Origin: Mayamaea pseudoterrestris
Lineage: Eukaryota
Length of the DNA stretch: 64,000 nt
Assembly (NCBI GenBank): GCA_027923505.1
Contig: BROI01000030.1
Coordinates: 1 to 64,000 of the forward strand
Reading direction: 5' to 3'
The notes under the pieces are model-generated. The model searched no databases and was not told where the DNA came from. It saw only the letters and a program-made list of their open reading frames with translations. Below, in pieces: positions 1-12,800 of this stretch (its first letter is position 1; each line of letters starts with the position of its first letter). The translations under genes were made by a program, and so were the position numbers.

Positions 1-3000
1 GTAGTGGTATGATTCCATAATTTGGGGTGTTGGCCACACCCATTTTGCAGATGGTGTAGGCCTCCAGGCAGTCCGTTTTGCACCATTTCAGCCCATCCTC
101 ATGTCAATGGCACACCCTGGACATGTTTTGCCTGACTCATTGGGTTGTTGGGTGGCCAGGGCATGGGGCATTGTAGTGGTATGATTCCATAATTTGGGGT
201 GTTGGCCACGCCCATCTTGTAGACCATTCCATGCTGTAGGCCTCTAGGCAGTCCGTTTTGTACCATGTCAGACCATCCTCATTTAAATGGCACACCCTGG
301 ACATGTTTTGCATGACTCATTGGGTTGTTGGGTGATCCGGGGACGGGGCATTGTAGTGGTATGATTCCATAATTTTGGGTGTTGGCCACACCCATTTCGC
401 AGATGGTGTAGGCCTCCAGGCAGTCCGTTTTGCACCATTTCAGCCCATCCTCATGTCAATGGCACACCCTGGACATGTTTTGCCTGACTCATTGGGTTGT
501 TGGGTGGCCAGGGCATGGGGCATTGTAGTGGTATGATTCCATAATTTGGGGTGTTGGCCACACCCATCTTGTAGACCATTCCATGCTGTAGGCCTCCAGG
601 CAGTCCGTTTTGTACCATGTCAGACCATCCTCATGTCAATGGCACACCCTGGACATGTTTTGCATGACTCATTGGGTTGTTGGGTGATCAGGGAAAGGGG
701 CATTGTAGTGGTATGATTCCATAATTTGGGGTGTTGGCCACACCCATTTTGCAGATGGTGTAGGCCTCCAGGCAGTCCGTTTTGCACCATTTCAGCCCAT
801 CCTCATGTCAATGGCACACCCTGGACATGTTTTGCCTGACTCATTGGGTTGTTGGGTGGCCAGGGCATGGGGCATTGTAGTGGTATGATTCCATAATTTG
901 GGGTGTTGGCCACACCCATCTTGTAGACCATTCCATGCTGTAGGCCTCCAGGCAGTCCGTTTTGCACCATTTCAGCCCATCCTCATGTCAATGGCACACC
1001 CTGGACATGTTTTGCCTGACTCATTGGGTTGTTGGGTGGCCAGGGCATGGGGCATTGTAGTGGTATGATTCCATAATTTGGGGTGTTGGCCACACCCATC
1101 TTGTAGACCATTCCATGCTGTAGGCCTCCAGGCAGTCCGTGTTTTGTACCATGTCAGACCATCCTCATGTCAATGGCACACCCTGGACATGTTTTGCATG
1201 ACTCATTGGGTTGTTGGGTGATCAGGGGACGGGGCATTGTAGTGGTATGATTCCATAATTTGCGGTGTTGGCCACACCCATTTTGCAGATGGTGTAGGCC
1301 TCCAGGCAGTCCGTTTTGCACCATTTCAGCCCATCCTCATGTCATTGGCACACCCTGGACATGTTTTGCCTGACTCATTGGGTTGTTGGGTGGCCAGGGC
1401 ATGGGGCATTGTAGTGGTATGATTCCATAATTTGGGGTGTTGGCCACACCCATCTTGTAGACCATTCCATGCTGTAGGCCTCCAGGCAGTCCGTTTTGTA
1501 CCATGTCAGACCATCCTCATGTCAATGGCACACCCTGGACATGTTTTGCATGACTCATTGGGTTGTTGGGTAATCAAAGGATGGGGCATTGTAGTGGTAT
1601 GATTCCATAATTTGGGGTGTTGGCCACACCCATTTTGCAGATGGTGTAGGCCTCCAGGCAGTCCGTTTTGCACCATTTCAGCCCATCCTCATGTCAATGG
1701 CACACCCTGGACATGTTTTGCCTGACTCATTGGGTTGTTGGGTGGCCAGGGCATGGGGCATTGTAGTGGTATGATTCCATAATTTGGGGTGTTGGCCACA
1801 CCCATCTTGTAGACCATTCCATGCTGTAGGCCTCCAGGCAGTCCGTTTTGTACCATGTCAGACCATCCTCATGTCAATGGCACACCCTGGACATGTTTTG
1901 CATGACTCATTGGGTTGTTGGGTGATCAGGGGACGGGGCATTGTAGTGGTATGATTCCATAATTTGGGGTGTTGGCCACACCCATTTTGCAGATGGTGTA
2001 GGCCTCCAGGCAGTCCGTTCTGCACCATTTTTGCACCATTTCAGCCCATCCTCATGTCAATGGCACACCCTGGACATGTTTTGCCTGACTCATTGGGTTG
2101 TTGGGGAGGCATGGCGTATGAATTGGGGTGTTGGCCACACCCATGCTTGTAGACCATTCCATGCTGTAGGCCTCCAGGCAGTCCGTTTTGTACCATGTCA
2201 GACCATCCTCATGTCAATGGCACACCCTGGACATGTTTTGCATGACTCATTGGGTTGTTGGGTGATCAGGGACGGGGCATTGTAGTGGTATGATTCCATA
2301 ATTTGGGGTGTTGGCCACACCCATTTTGCAGATGGTGTAGGCCTCCAGGCAGTCCGTTTTGCACCATTTCAGCCCATCCTCATGTCAATGGCACACCCTG
2401 GACATGTTTTGCCTGACTCATTGGGTTGTTGGGTGGCCAGGGCATGGGGCATTGTAGTGGTATGATTCCATAATTTGGGGTGTTGGCCACACCCATCTTG
2501 TAGACCATTCCATGCTGTAGGCCTCCAGGCAGTCCGTTTTGTACCATGTCAGACCATCCTCATGTCAATGGCACACCCTGGACATGTTTTGCATGACTCA
2601 TTGGGTTGTTGGGTGATCAGGGGACGGGGCATTGTAGTGGTATGATTCCATAATTTGGGGTGTTGGCCACACCCATTTTGCAGATGGTGTAGGCCTCCAG
2701 GCAGTCCGTTTTGCACCATTTCAGCCCATCCTCATGTCAATGGCACACCCTGGACATGTTTTGCCTGACTCATTGGGTTGTTGGGTGGCCAGGGCATGGG
2801 GCATTGTAGTGGTATGATTCCATAATTTGGGGTGTTGGCCACACCCATCTTGTAGACCATTCCATGCTGTAGGCCTCCAGGCAGTCCGTTTTGTACCATG
2901 TCAGACCATCCTCATGTCAATGGCACACCCTGGACATGTTTTGCATGACTCATTGGGTTGTTGGGTGATCAGGGGACGGGGCATTGTAGTGGTATGATTC

Positions 3001-6000
3001 CATAATTTGGGGTGTTGGCCACACCCATTTTGCAGATGGTGTAGGCCTCCAGGCAGTCCGTTTTGCACCATTTCAGCCCATCCTCATGTCAATGGCACAC
3101 CCTGGACATGTTTTGCCTGACTCATTGGGTTGTTGGGTGGCCAGGGCATGGGGCATTGTAGTGGTATGATTCCATAATTTGGGGTGTTGGCCACACCCAT
3201 CTTGTAGACCATTCCATGCTGTAGGCCTCCAGGCAGTCCGTTTTGTACCATGTCAGACCATCCTATTGTCAATGGCTCACCCTGGACATGTTTTGCATGA
3301 CTCAGGGTTGTTGGGTGGTCAGGGGACGGGGCATTGTAGTGGTATGATTCCATATGGGCCCATGGGAGGATGATCACGGGGGCAGTGGACCATAATTTGG
3401 GGTGTTGGCCACACCCATCTTGTAGACCATTCCATGCTGTAGGCCTCCAGGCAGTCCGTTTTGTACCATGTCAGACCATCCTCATGTCAATGGCACACCC
3501 TGGACATGTTTTGCATGACTCATTGGGTTGTTGGGTGATCAGGGGATGGGGCATTGTAGTGGTATGATTCCATAATTTGGGGTGTTGGCCACACCCATTT
3601 TGCAGATGGTGTAGGCCTCCAGGCAGTCCGTTTTGCACCATTTCAGCCCATCCTCATGTCAATGGCACACCCTGGACATGTTTTGCCTGACTCATTGGGT
3701 TGTTGGGTGGCCAGGGCATGGGGCATTGTAGTGGTATGATTCCATAATTTGGGGTGTTGGCCACACCCATCTTGTAGACCATTCCATGCTGTAGGCCTCC
3801 AGGCAGTCCGTTTTGTACCATGTCAGACCATCCTCATGTCAATGGCACACCCTGGACATGTTTTGCATGACTCATTGGGTTGTTGGGTGATCAGGGACGG
3901 GGCATTGTAGTGGTATGATTCCATAATTTGGGGTGTTGGCCACACCCATTTTGCAGATGGTGTAGGCCTCCAGGCAGTCCGTTTTGCACCATTTCAGCCC
4001 ATCCTCATGTCAATGGCACACCCTGGACATGTTTTGCCTGACTCATTGGGTTGTTGGGTGGCCAGGGCATGGGGCATTGTAGTGGTATGATTCCATAATT
4101 TGGGGTGTTGGCCACACCCATCTTGTAGACCATTCCATGCTGTAGGCCTCCAGGCAGTCCGTTTTGTACCATGTCAGACCATCCTCATGTCAATGGCACA
4201 CCCTGGACATGTTTTGCATGACTCATTGGGTTGTTGGGTGATCAGGGGAGGGGGCATTGTAGTGGTATGATTCCATAATTTGGGGTGTTGGCCACACCCA
4301 TTTTGCAGATGGTGTAGGCCTCCAGGCAGTCCGTTTTGCACCATTTCAGCCCATCCTCATGTCAATGGCACACCCTGGACATGTTTTGCCTGACTCATTG
4401 GGTTGTTGGGTGGCCAGGGCATGGGGCATTGTAGTGGTATGATTCCATAATTTGGGGTGTTGGCCACACCCATCTTGTAGACCATTCCATGCTGTAGGCC
4501 TCCAGGCAGTCCGTTTTGTACCATGTCAGACCATCCTCATGTCAATGGCACACCCTGGACATGTTTTGCATGACTCATTGGGTTGTTGGGTGATCAGGGG
4601 ACGGGGCATTGTAGTGGTATGATTCCATAATTTGGGGTGTTGGCCACACCCATTTTGCAGATGGTGTAGGCCTCCAGGCAGTCCGTTTTGCACCATTTCA
4701 GCCCATCCTCATGTCAATGGCACACCCTGGACATGTTTTGCCTGACTCATTGGGTTGTTGGGTGGCCAGGGCATGGGGCATTGTAGTGGTATGATTCCAC
4801 AATTTGGGGTGTTGGCCACACCCATCTTGTAGACCATTCCATGCTGTAGGCCTCCAGGCAGTCCGTTTTGTTCCATGTCAGACCATCCTCATGTCAATGG
4901 CACACCCTGGACATGTTTTGCATGATTCATTGGGTTTTTGGGTGATCAGGGGACGGGGCATTGTAGTGGTATGATTCCATAATTTGGGGTGTTGGCCACA
5001 CCCATTTTGCAGATGGTGTAGGCCTCCAGGCAGTCCGTTTTGCACCATTTCAGCCCATCCTCATGTCAATGGCACACCCTGGACATGTTTTGCCTGACTC
5101 ATTGGGTTGTTGGGTGGCCAGGGCATGGGACATTGTAGTGGTATGATTCCATAATTTGGGGTGTTGGCCACACCCATCTTGTAGACCATTCCATGCTGTA
5201 GGCCTCCAGGCAGTCCGTTTTGTACCATGTCAGACCATCCTCATGTCAATGGCACACCCTGGACATGTTTTGCATGACTCATTGGGTTGTTGGGTGATCA
5301 GGGGACGGGGCATTGTAGTGGTATGATTCCATAATTTGGGGTGTTGGCCACACCCATTTTGCAGATGGTGTAGGCCTCCAGGCAGTCCGTTTTGCACCAT
5401 TTCAGCCCATCCTCATGTCAATGGCCCACCCTGGACATGTTTTGCCTGACTCATTGGGTTGTTGGGGGGCCAGGGCATGGGGCATTGTAGTGGTATGATT
5501 CCATAATTTGGGGTGTTGGCCACACCCATCTTGTAGACCATTCCATGCTGTAGGCCTCCAGGCAGTCCGTTTTGTACCATGTCAGACCATCCTCATGTCA
5601 ATGGCACACCCTGGACATGTTTTGCATGACTCATTGGGTTGTTGGGTGATCAGGGGACGGGGCATTGTAGTGGTATGATTCCATAATTTGGGGTGTTGGC
5701 CACACCCATTTTGCAGATGGTGTAGGCCTCCAGGCAGTCCGTTTTGCACCATTTCAGCCCATCCTCATGTCAATGGCACACCCTGGACATGTTTTGCATG
5801 ACTCATTGGGTTGTTGGGTGGCCAGGGCATGGGGCATTGTAGTGGTATGATTCCATAATTTGGGGTGTTGGCCACACCCATTTTGCAGATGGTGTAGGCC
5901 TCCAGGCAGTCCGTTTTGCACCATTCAGGCCAACCTCCTGGTCAATGGCCCACCCTGGACATGTTTTGCCTGACTCATTGGGTTGTTGGGGGGCCAGGGC

Positions 6001-9000
6001 ATGGGGCATTGTAGTGATATGATTCCATAATTTGGGGTGTTGGCCACACCCATCTTGTAGACCATTCCATGCTGTAGGCCTCCAGGCAGTCCGTTTTGTA
6101 CCATGTCAGACCATCCTCATGTCAATGGCACACCCTGGACATGTTTTGCATGACTCATTGGGTTGTTGGGTGATCAGGGGACGGGGCATTGTAGTGGTAT
6201 GATTCCATAATTTGGGGTGTTGGCCACACCCATTTTGCAGATGGTGTAGGCCTCCAGGCAGTCCGTTTTGCACCATTTCAGCCCATCCTCATGTCAATGG
6301 CACACCCTGGACATGTTTTGCATGACTCATTGGGTTGTTGGGTGGCCAGGGCATGGGGCATTGTAGTGGTATGATTCCACAATTATTCACCCATTTTGCA
6401 GATGGTGTAGGCCTCCAGGCAGTCCGTTTTGCACCATTTCAGCCCATCCTCATGTCAATGGCACACCCTGGACATGTTTTGCATGACTCATTGGGTTGTT
6501 GGGTGGCCAGGGCATGGGGCATTGTAGTGGTATGATTCCACAATTTGGGGTGTTGGCCACACCCATCTTGTAGACCATTCCATGCTGTAGGCCTCCAGGC
6601 AGTCCTTTTTGTACCATGTCAGACCATCCTCATGTCAATGGCACACCCTGGACATGTTTTGCATGACTCATTGGGTTGTTGGGTGATCAAGGGACGGGGC
6701 ATTGTAGTGGTATGATTCCATAATTTGGGGTGTTGGCCACACCCATTTTGCAGATGGTGTAGGCCTCCAGACAGTCCGTTTTGCACCATTTCAGCCCATC
6801 CTCATGTCAATGGCACACCCTGGACATGTTTTGCCTGACTCATTGGGTTGTTGTGTACCATGTCAGACCATCCTCATGTCAATGGCACACCCTGGACATG
6901 TTTTGCATGACTCATTGGGTTGTTGGGTGATCAGGGGATGGGGCATTGTAGTGGTATGATTCCATAATTTGGGGTGTTCGCCACACCCATTTTGCAGATG
7001 GTGTAGGCCTCCAGGCAGTCCGTTTTGCACCATTTCAGCCCATCCTCATGTCAATGGCACACCCTGCACATGTTTTGCCTGACTCATTGGGTTGTTGGGT
7101 GGCCAGGGCATGGGGCATTGTAGTGGTATGATTCCATAATTTGGGGGCCACACCCATCTTGGCCACTCCATAGGCCTCCAGGCGTTTTGTACCATGTCAG
7201 ACCATCCTCATGTCAATGGCACCCACTGGACATGTTTTGCATGACTCATTGGGTTGTTGGGTGACCAGGGGACGGGGCATTGTAGTGGTATGATTCCATA
7301 ATTTGGGGTGTTGGCCACACCCATTTTGCAGATGCTGTAGGCCTCCAGGCAGTCCGTTTTGCACCATTTCAGCCCATCCTCATGTCAATGGCACACCCTG
7401 GACATGTTTTGCCTGACTCATTGGGTTGTTTGGTGGCCAGGGCATGGGGCATTGTAGTGGTATGATTCCATAATTTGGGGTGTTGGCCACACCCATCTTG
7501 TAGACCATTCCATGCTGTAGGCCTCCAGGCAGTCCGTTTTGTACCATGTCAGACCATCCTCATGTCAATGGCACACCCTGGACATGTTTTGCATGACTCA
7601 TTGGGTTGTTGGGTGACCAGGGGATGGGGCATTGTAGTGGTATGATTCCATAATTTGGGGTGTTGGCCACACCCATCTTGTAGACCATTCCATGCTGTAG
7701 GCCTCCAGGCAGTCCGTTTTGTACCATGTCAGACCATCCTCTTGTCAATGGCACACCCTGGACATGTTTTGCATGACTCATTGGGTTGTTGGGTGATCAG
7801 GGGACGGGGCATTGTAGTTGTATGATTCCATAATTTGGGGTGTTGGCCACACCCATTTTGCAGATGGTGTAGGCCTCCAGGCAGTCCGTTTTGTACCATT
7901 TCAGCCCATCCTCATGTCAATGGCACACCCTGGACATGTTTTGCCTGACTCATTGGGTTGTTGGGTGGCCAGGGCATGGGGCATTGTAGTGGTATGATTC
8001 CATAATTTGGGGTGTTGGCCACACCCATCTTGTAGACCATTCCATGCTGTAGGCCTCCAGGCAGTCCGTTCTGTACCATGTCAGACCATCCTCATGTCAA
8101 TGGCACACCCTGGACATGTTTTGCATGACTCATTGGGTTGTTGGGTGATCAGGGGACGGGGCATTGTAGTGGTATGATTCCATAATTTGGGGTGTTGGCC
8201 ACACCCATTTTGCAGATGGTGTAGGCCTCCAGGCAGTCCGTTTTTGCACCATTTCAGCCCATCCTCATGTCAATGGCACACCCTGGACATGTTTTGCCTG
8301 ACTCATTGGGTTGTTGGGTGGCCAGGGCATGGGGCATTGTAGTGGTATGATTCCATAATTTGGGGTGTTGGCCACACCCATCTTGTAGACCATTCCATGC
8401 TGTAGGCCTCCAGGCAGTCCGTTTTGTACCATGTCAGACCATCCTCATGTCAATGGCACACCCTGGACATGTTTTGCATGACTCATTGGGTTGTTGGGTG
8501 ATCAGGGGACGGGGCATTGTAGTGGTATGATTCCATAATTTGGGGTGTTGGCCACACCCATTTTGCAGATGGTGTAGGCCTCCAGGCAGTCCGTTTTGCA
8601 CCATTTCAGCCCATCCTCATGTCAATGGCACACCCTGGACATGTTTTGCCGGACTCATTGGGTTGTTGGGTGGCCAGGGCATGGGGCATTGTAGTGGTAT
8701 GATTCCATAATTTGGGGTGTTGGCCACACCCATCTTGTAGACCATTCCACGCTGTAGGCCTCCAGGCAGTCCGTTTTGTACCATGTCAGACCATCCTCAT
8801 GTCAATGGCACACCCTGGACATGTTTTGCATGACTCATTGGGTTGTTGGGTGATCAGGGGACGGGGCATTGTAGTGGTATGATTCCATAATTTGGGGTGT
8901 TGGCCACACCCATTTTGCAGATGGTGTAGGCCTCCAGGCAGTCCGTTTTGTACCATGTCAGACCATCCTCATGTCAATGGCACACCCTGGACATGTTTTG

Positions 9001-9509
9001 CATGACTCATTGGGTTGTTGGGTGATCAGCCAGGGCATGAGGGGTATGATTCATTGTAGGGGTTTTTGGGTGTTGGCCACACCCTTTTTGCAGATGGTGT
9101 AGGCCTCCAGGCAGTCCGTTTTGCACCATTTCAGTCCATCCTCATGTCAATGGCACACCCTGGACATGTTTGGCCTGACTCATTGGGTTGTTGGGTGGCC
9201 AGGGCATGGGGCATTGTAGTGGTATGATTCCATAATTTGGGGTGTAGGCCACACCCATCTTGTAGACCATTCCATGCTGTAGGCCTCCAGGCAGTCCGTT
9301 TTGTACCATGTCAGACCATCCTCATGTCAATGGCACACCCTGGACATGTTTTGCATGACTCATTGGGTTGTTGGGTGATCAGGGGACGGGGCATTGTAGT
9401 GGTATGATTCCATAATTTGGGGTGTTGGCCACACCCATTTTGCAGATGGTGTAGGCCTCCAGGCAGTCCGTTTTGCACCATTTCAGCCCATCCGCATGTC
9501 AATGGCACA
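1..9509. repeat. Satellite A array 1 (~27 copies of a 352-bp dimer: 172-bp A1 + 180-bp A2)
   Basis: Anchor gtagtggtatgattcc recurs at 1, 173, 353, 525, 705 (alternating 172/180 spacing). A1 carries cccattttgcagatggtgtagg...ggtggccagggcatgggg; A2 carries cccatcttgtagaccattccatgctgtagg...ggtgatcaggggacgggg. Confidence 0.98.
9494..9509 (+). repeat. Left target-site duplication of the retrotransposon (gcatgtcaatggcaca)
   Basis: Same 16-mer at 16849-16864. Both copies start with G where the satellite consensus has T (cctcatg). Confidence 0.9.
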
Positions 9510-9519
9510 ATAATAATAA
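9510..9519 (-). repeat. 3' trinucleotide tail (TTA)n of the retrotransposon
   Basis: The + strand reads ataataataa directly after the left TSD. Confidence 0.8.
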
Positions 9520-9529
9520 CTCACGGATT

Positions 9530-9555
9530 TAGTAGTTAGTTTACCTACACTACTA
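9530..9555 (-). promoter_or_regulatory. Putative 3'-UTR stem-loop just upstream of the tail
   Basis: Minus-strand RNA is UAGUAGU-G-UAG-GUAAA-CUA-ACUACUA: 7+3 bp stem, one bulge, 5-nt loop, about 10 nt before the tail. Confidence 0.5.
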
Positions 9556-9824
9556 GCCTTGCGGCTTTAACGCCGCTCCCGTCATCAGTGTGGAAGACCG
9601 GTGAATCGGACCCCGAAGGGCTACCCGAAAGTGGGAGACGGCAAAAAGGGTCATGGTTGCAGCAAGAGTATATCAGACGTAGAACGAACGGAACAGAACG
9701 CAGATCAATTTGGCGTCGCAGATTGATTGCCATACCGCATTCAGAGAAACAGACTTGGGTCGTCATTCACCAAGATGGTACTTGAAGAAACCTGACAAGA
9801 GGAACATATAGTGGGTGGAGAAAC

Positions 9825-12800
9825 CTACATAGAGGTCAATCCAGGGGTGGTTGTTGTTGTTGTTGTGGTCGGTTGGAAGAGTCGGCGCATCAGGTCTTGC
9901 TGCCGTAGGTGTACTCGTTCCGCCGGTGTTTGTTGTTGAAGAAGAAGGCGTTCCGTCTGGACTTGGTACAGCCAAGCTTCAATTTGTGATGGTAATCGTG
10001 AACGAATGCGTGTGAGCCCGGGCTGGAAAAGGCGCCGTAGGCGTGCTGAGGAGTTCGTACCCCATGGTTGGAGGAATTCATGATCAACTTGTCGTTGCAG
10101 TTCTTGAACGCGCAAGCCGTTGTTCCTCCTGTGGAGCGCATCATTGCGATGCTCCCAGAGATCCCAGGAGATATCAAATAGTTTGCGGTAAGTTGGGAAA
10201 GCCAGCGGAGCCCATTATGATACGGTTTGGAGGACCGTGAGCGATAGTGAATTTCTTGTAGGTCGGACCATCCTTTCGAGAATCGGCCTTCAAATGCCGC
10301 CAGCCAACCAAGCTGTAGTTGACTATGAAGCAGCTGATGAAGGGATATGTCATCTATAGTCGGCGGGTCAGAATGTGTGCGCCAGGCAGCGAGAGAGCTA
10401 ATGATGGCCACCCGTAAATTGGAGGCAGTGCCCACTGTCATGAGCCATGTGTCGAGATCATCCAGACGTTCGTCCCAAAGTGCCTGGGTACTGGGGCAGG
10501 TGTAGAGATGTTCCACCGTCTCCTCAATTGTTACAGGAGGGGTCTGCGTCAAACAGGTGGGACAAGTGTCTTCCGTGGAATGGTGGCGCAGTTTCAAGCG
10601 ACGCCTGACGGCAACAAACTTGGAGATAAGCTTGGATTGATGCAGCCGGCGCGATGGAGACAACAATTGCATAGCTTTGCCCGTCGCTTCCCAGTCAACA
10701 TGATTTGGAGTCGAGGAACCAAATTTATCCTTTGTTTGCCAGTAATCCAGAAGGGGTTTGCCATTAATTTGGAGTCGAAGAGCCGCGTCAAGGCCAGAAC
10801 AAATCTTGTCATTCGCAATGAGCACGGGCGGTAGCTCACCAAACAGAAATTGTGGCGACACCGTGGTGGGTGAGTCGGCATAAAGCACCCTGTGTGCCTT
10901 GGCGGCGGCATCCATTTCATCGTTGAGCAGTGCCCACCGGTCGAGCGGGCCAATGAATTGATTGCCATCCAGGCCTTTCTCCCGCTGATGGCCCAGGACA
11001 TGGTGAGTGAGCCACACAATAGGAGTATCGTGCATTAGACGTCGGCACGCTGAGATGAGATCAAATTGCTTCTGGCCAAGAGGAGTGGGTTTGTCACAGG
11101 AGGAAGCTTGTTTCAGTGCGGACAGGCCATCGCACGCAATGGTAATGGAGCCGGATGTAACACCATAGTGCCGACAGAGCAAATGCACCAAAAGAATAGC
11201 CTGGTACAATCCAACCAGCTCACTGCGATAAGCACTTTGGACCTGCGCTGGTCCGGGGCATACACACTGCGCGGTAATAGCGCCCGCGGCTGAGGAGCCC
11301 TGAAGCGTGACAGCTGCCGCCCCAGTTCGGCGATGAGGATCAAAGGAGCCGTCACTCACAGCAATACAAGTGCCATCTCGTAGGGCGGAAACAATCAGTT
11401 GACAGTTATGCTCAGTGAGATCAGTGTGATCCAGAACCCAGTGTGTCCGGGGGAAAAGCATGGCCCGCAGCGACTCCAGCAAGGGTTCGGTGGCCACGGC
11501 CTGAGCAAGAGATGATTCACCATAGCTTTCCAAGCTGACAGAGCAATGCGTAACCCGACGGACAGTGGCACGCTGAAGGTTGAGTGAGGGACCTGCCCAT
11601 TCGTGACGGCCACTGTACACTGCCACGCGACGCCTGCGGCCAGTACCACTGTAAGCAAACTTGTACCACTTGTCGTCAAGACATTCAAATACCTCATCCG
11701 TCCGCGGACTGTAGAAGAACCGAGTAGTAGGTTCATCCGCATGCCAGAGGCCAAGCGAACGGTGCAGGCGTCGTTGTGGCGAGCAGAACACTTGAAGAAG
11801 GGCCAATCGCCAGGTATCCCAGCAGCGTTCAGAGAGTTCTCCCTGGAGAGGCCAATCATACACTGAGTTGCAAGTGCTGTCGCGAGCGCCATACCATGCA
11901 CATTCTGTGATATAGTTGCCATCGCCAGAGGTGATATCAGAGAGAGAAACCACCTGGAGGAACATGCGACAGCGATTGAGGATGGACAACGTCGAGGAAG
12001 GAAGAGAAGACAATGCAAATTGCTCCATAAGAAGGAGATCGCCAGCGCGTCGACAGCTGAAATCAGGGAGTGAATCGTGCACTGATATTCCATGTTGATG
12101 GCAACTTTGCCATGTAAATGACACCCAACTCGTGGTAACAACCGGGGACAGCCGATCATAGTTGTGCGAGAAAAGAAAGCCATTCAGCCCTAGTTCCAAT
12201 TTAAGTAGCTCCATACTGACCTGAAGCAGCTGAGATGTATTCCTCGTTGGGAGTTCCGCGGCAAACGCTATCACTTCCAAGTGTGCGTATAGCTGGGCGA
12301 CAAACAGGTCTCGAAATCCCAACCCTTGCACTGCAAGTGGCGCGCATCGCAAAACTGTCGGAGCATCACTGCCGACCCCAGAAAGTTGAAGCGCTGCCGT
12401 TAAAGATGGGCTCTGGATATATGCAGTCTGTTTGGGTGTGAGGCACGTCGCCACCAGAGGGTAGGACAGAGCTTTATCAATGGTCGTGGAGTAGGCCACG
12501 GCAGCCAGATGGCGAGGAAGGCGGCTGTGACGTAGAGACCGCGCCCAATCCACTGATTTCTTGCGCAGAACCAATGCTTGAGTGTCATTGCAGCCATCAG
12601 GGGAAAGATAAATGCCCAATGTCCGTTCCGCATGATTGACCGGACAGCGTTTGATGGTTTGAACATTGCCATGCATGTCTTTGACAGAGAGCGTTGCTGG
12701 ACACTCGCGTTCGTGTTTGTATGACCAGGAGCCATCGGAATGCCATTTGTAATCAATAAGATACCAGAAAGTCTTCTCAGGTGCAATGGCGCCGCCGGTC

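Noticed and set aside
3355..3390. ~36-bp odd insert in satellite A (similar patches at ~2105, ~9030, ~62775)
   Set aside because: Made of scrambled satellite words; most likely a consensus error at a skipped monomer.
1..9509. Short ORFs in satellite A (MGCWPHP... and similar)
   Set aside because: Chance open frames in the repeat, appearing where indels remove stop codons.
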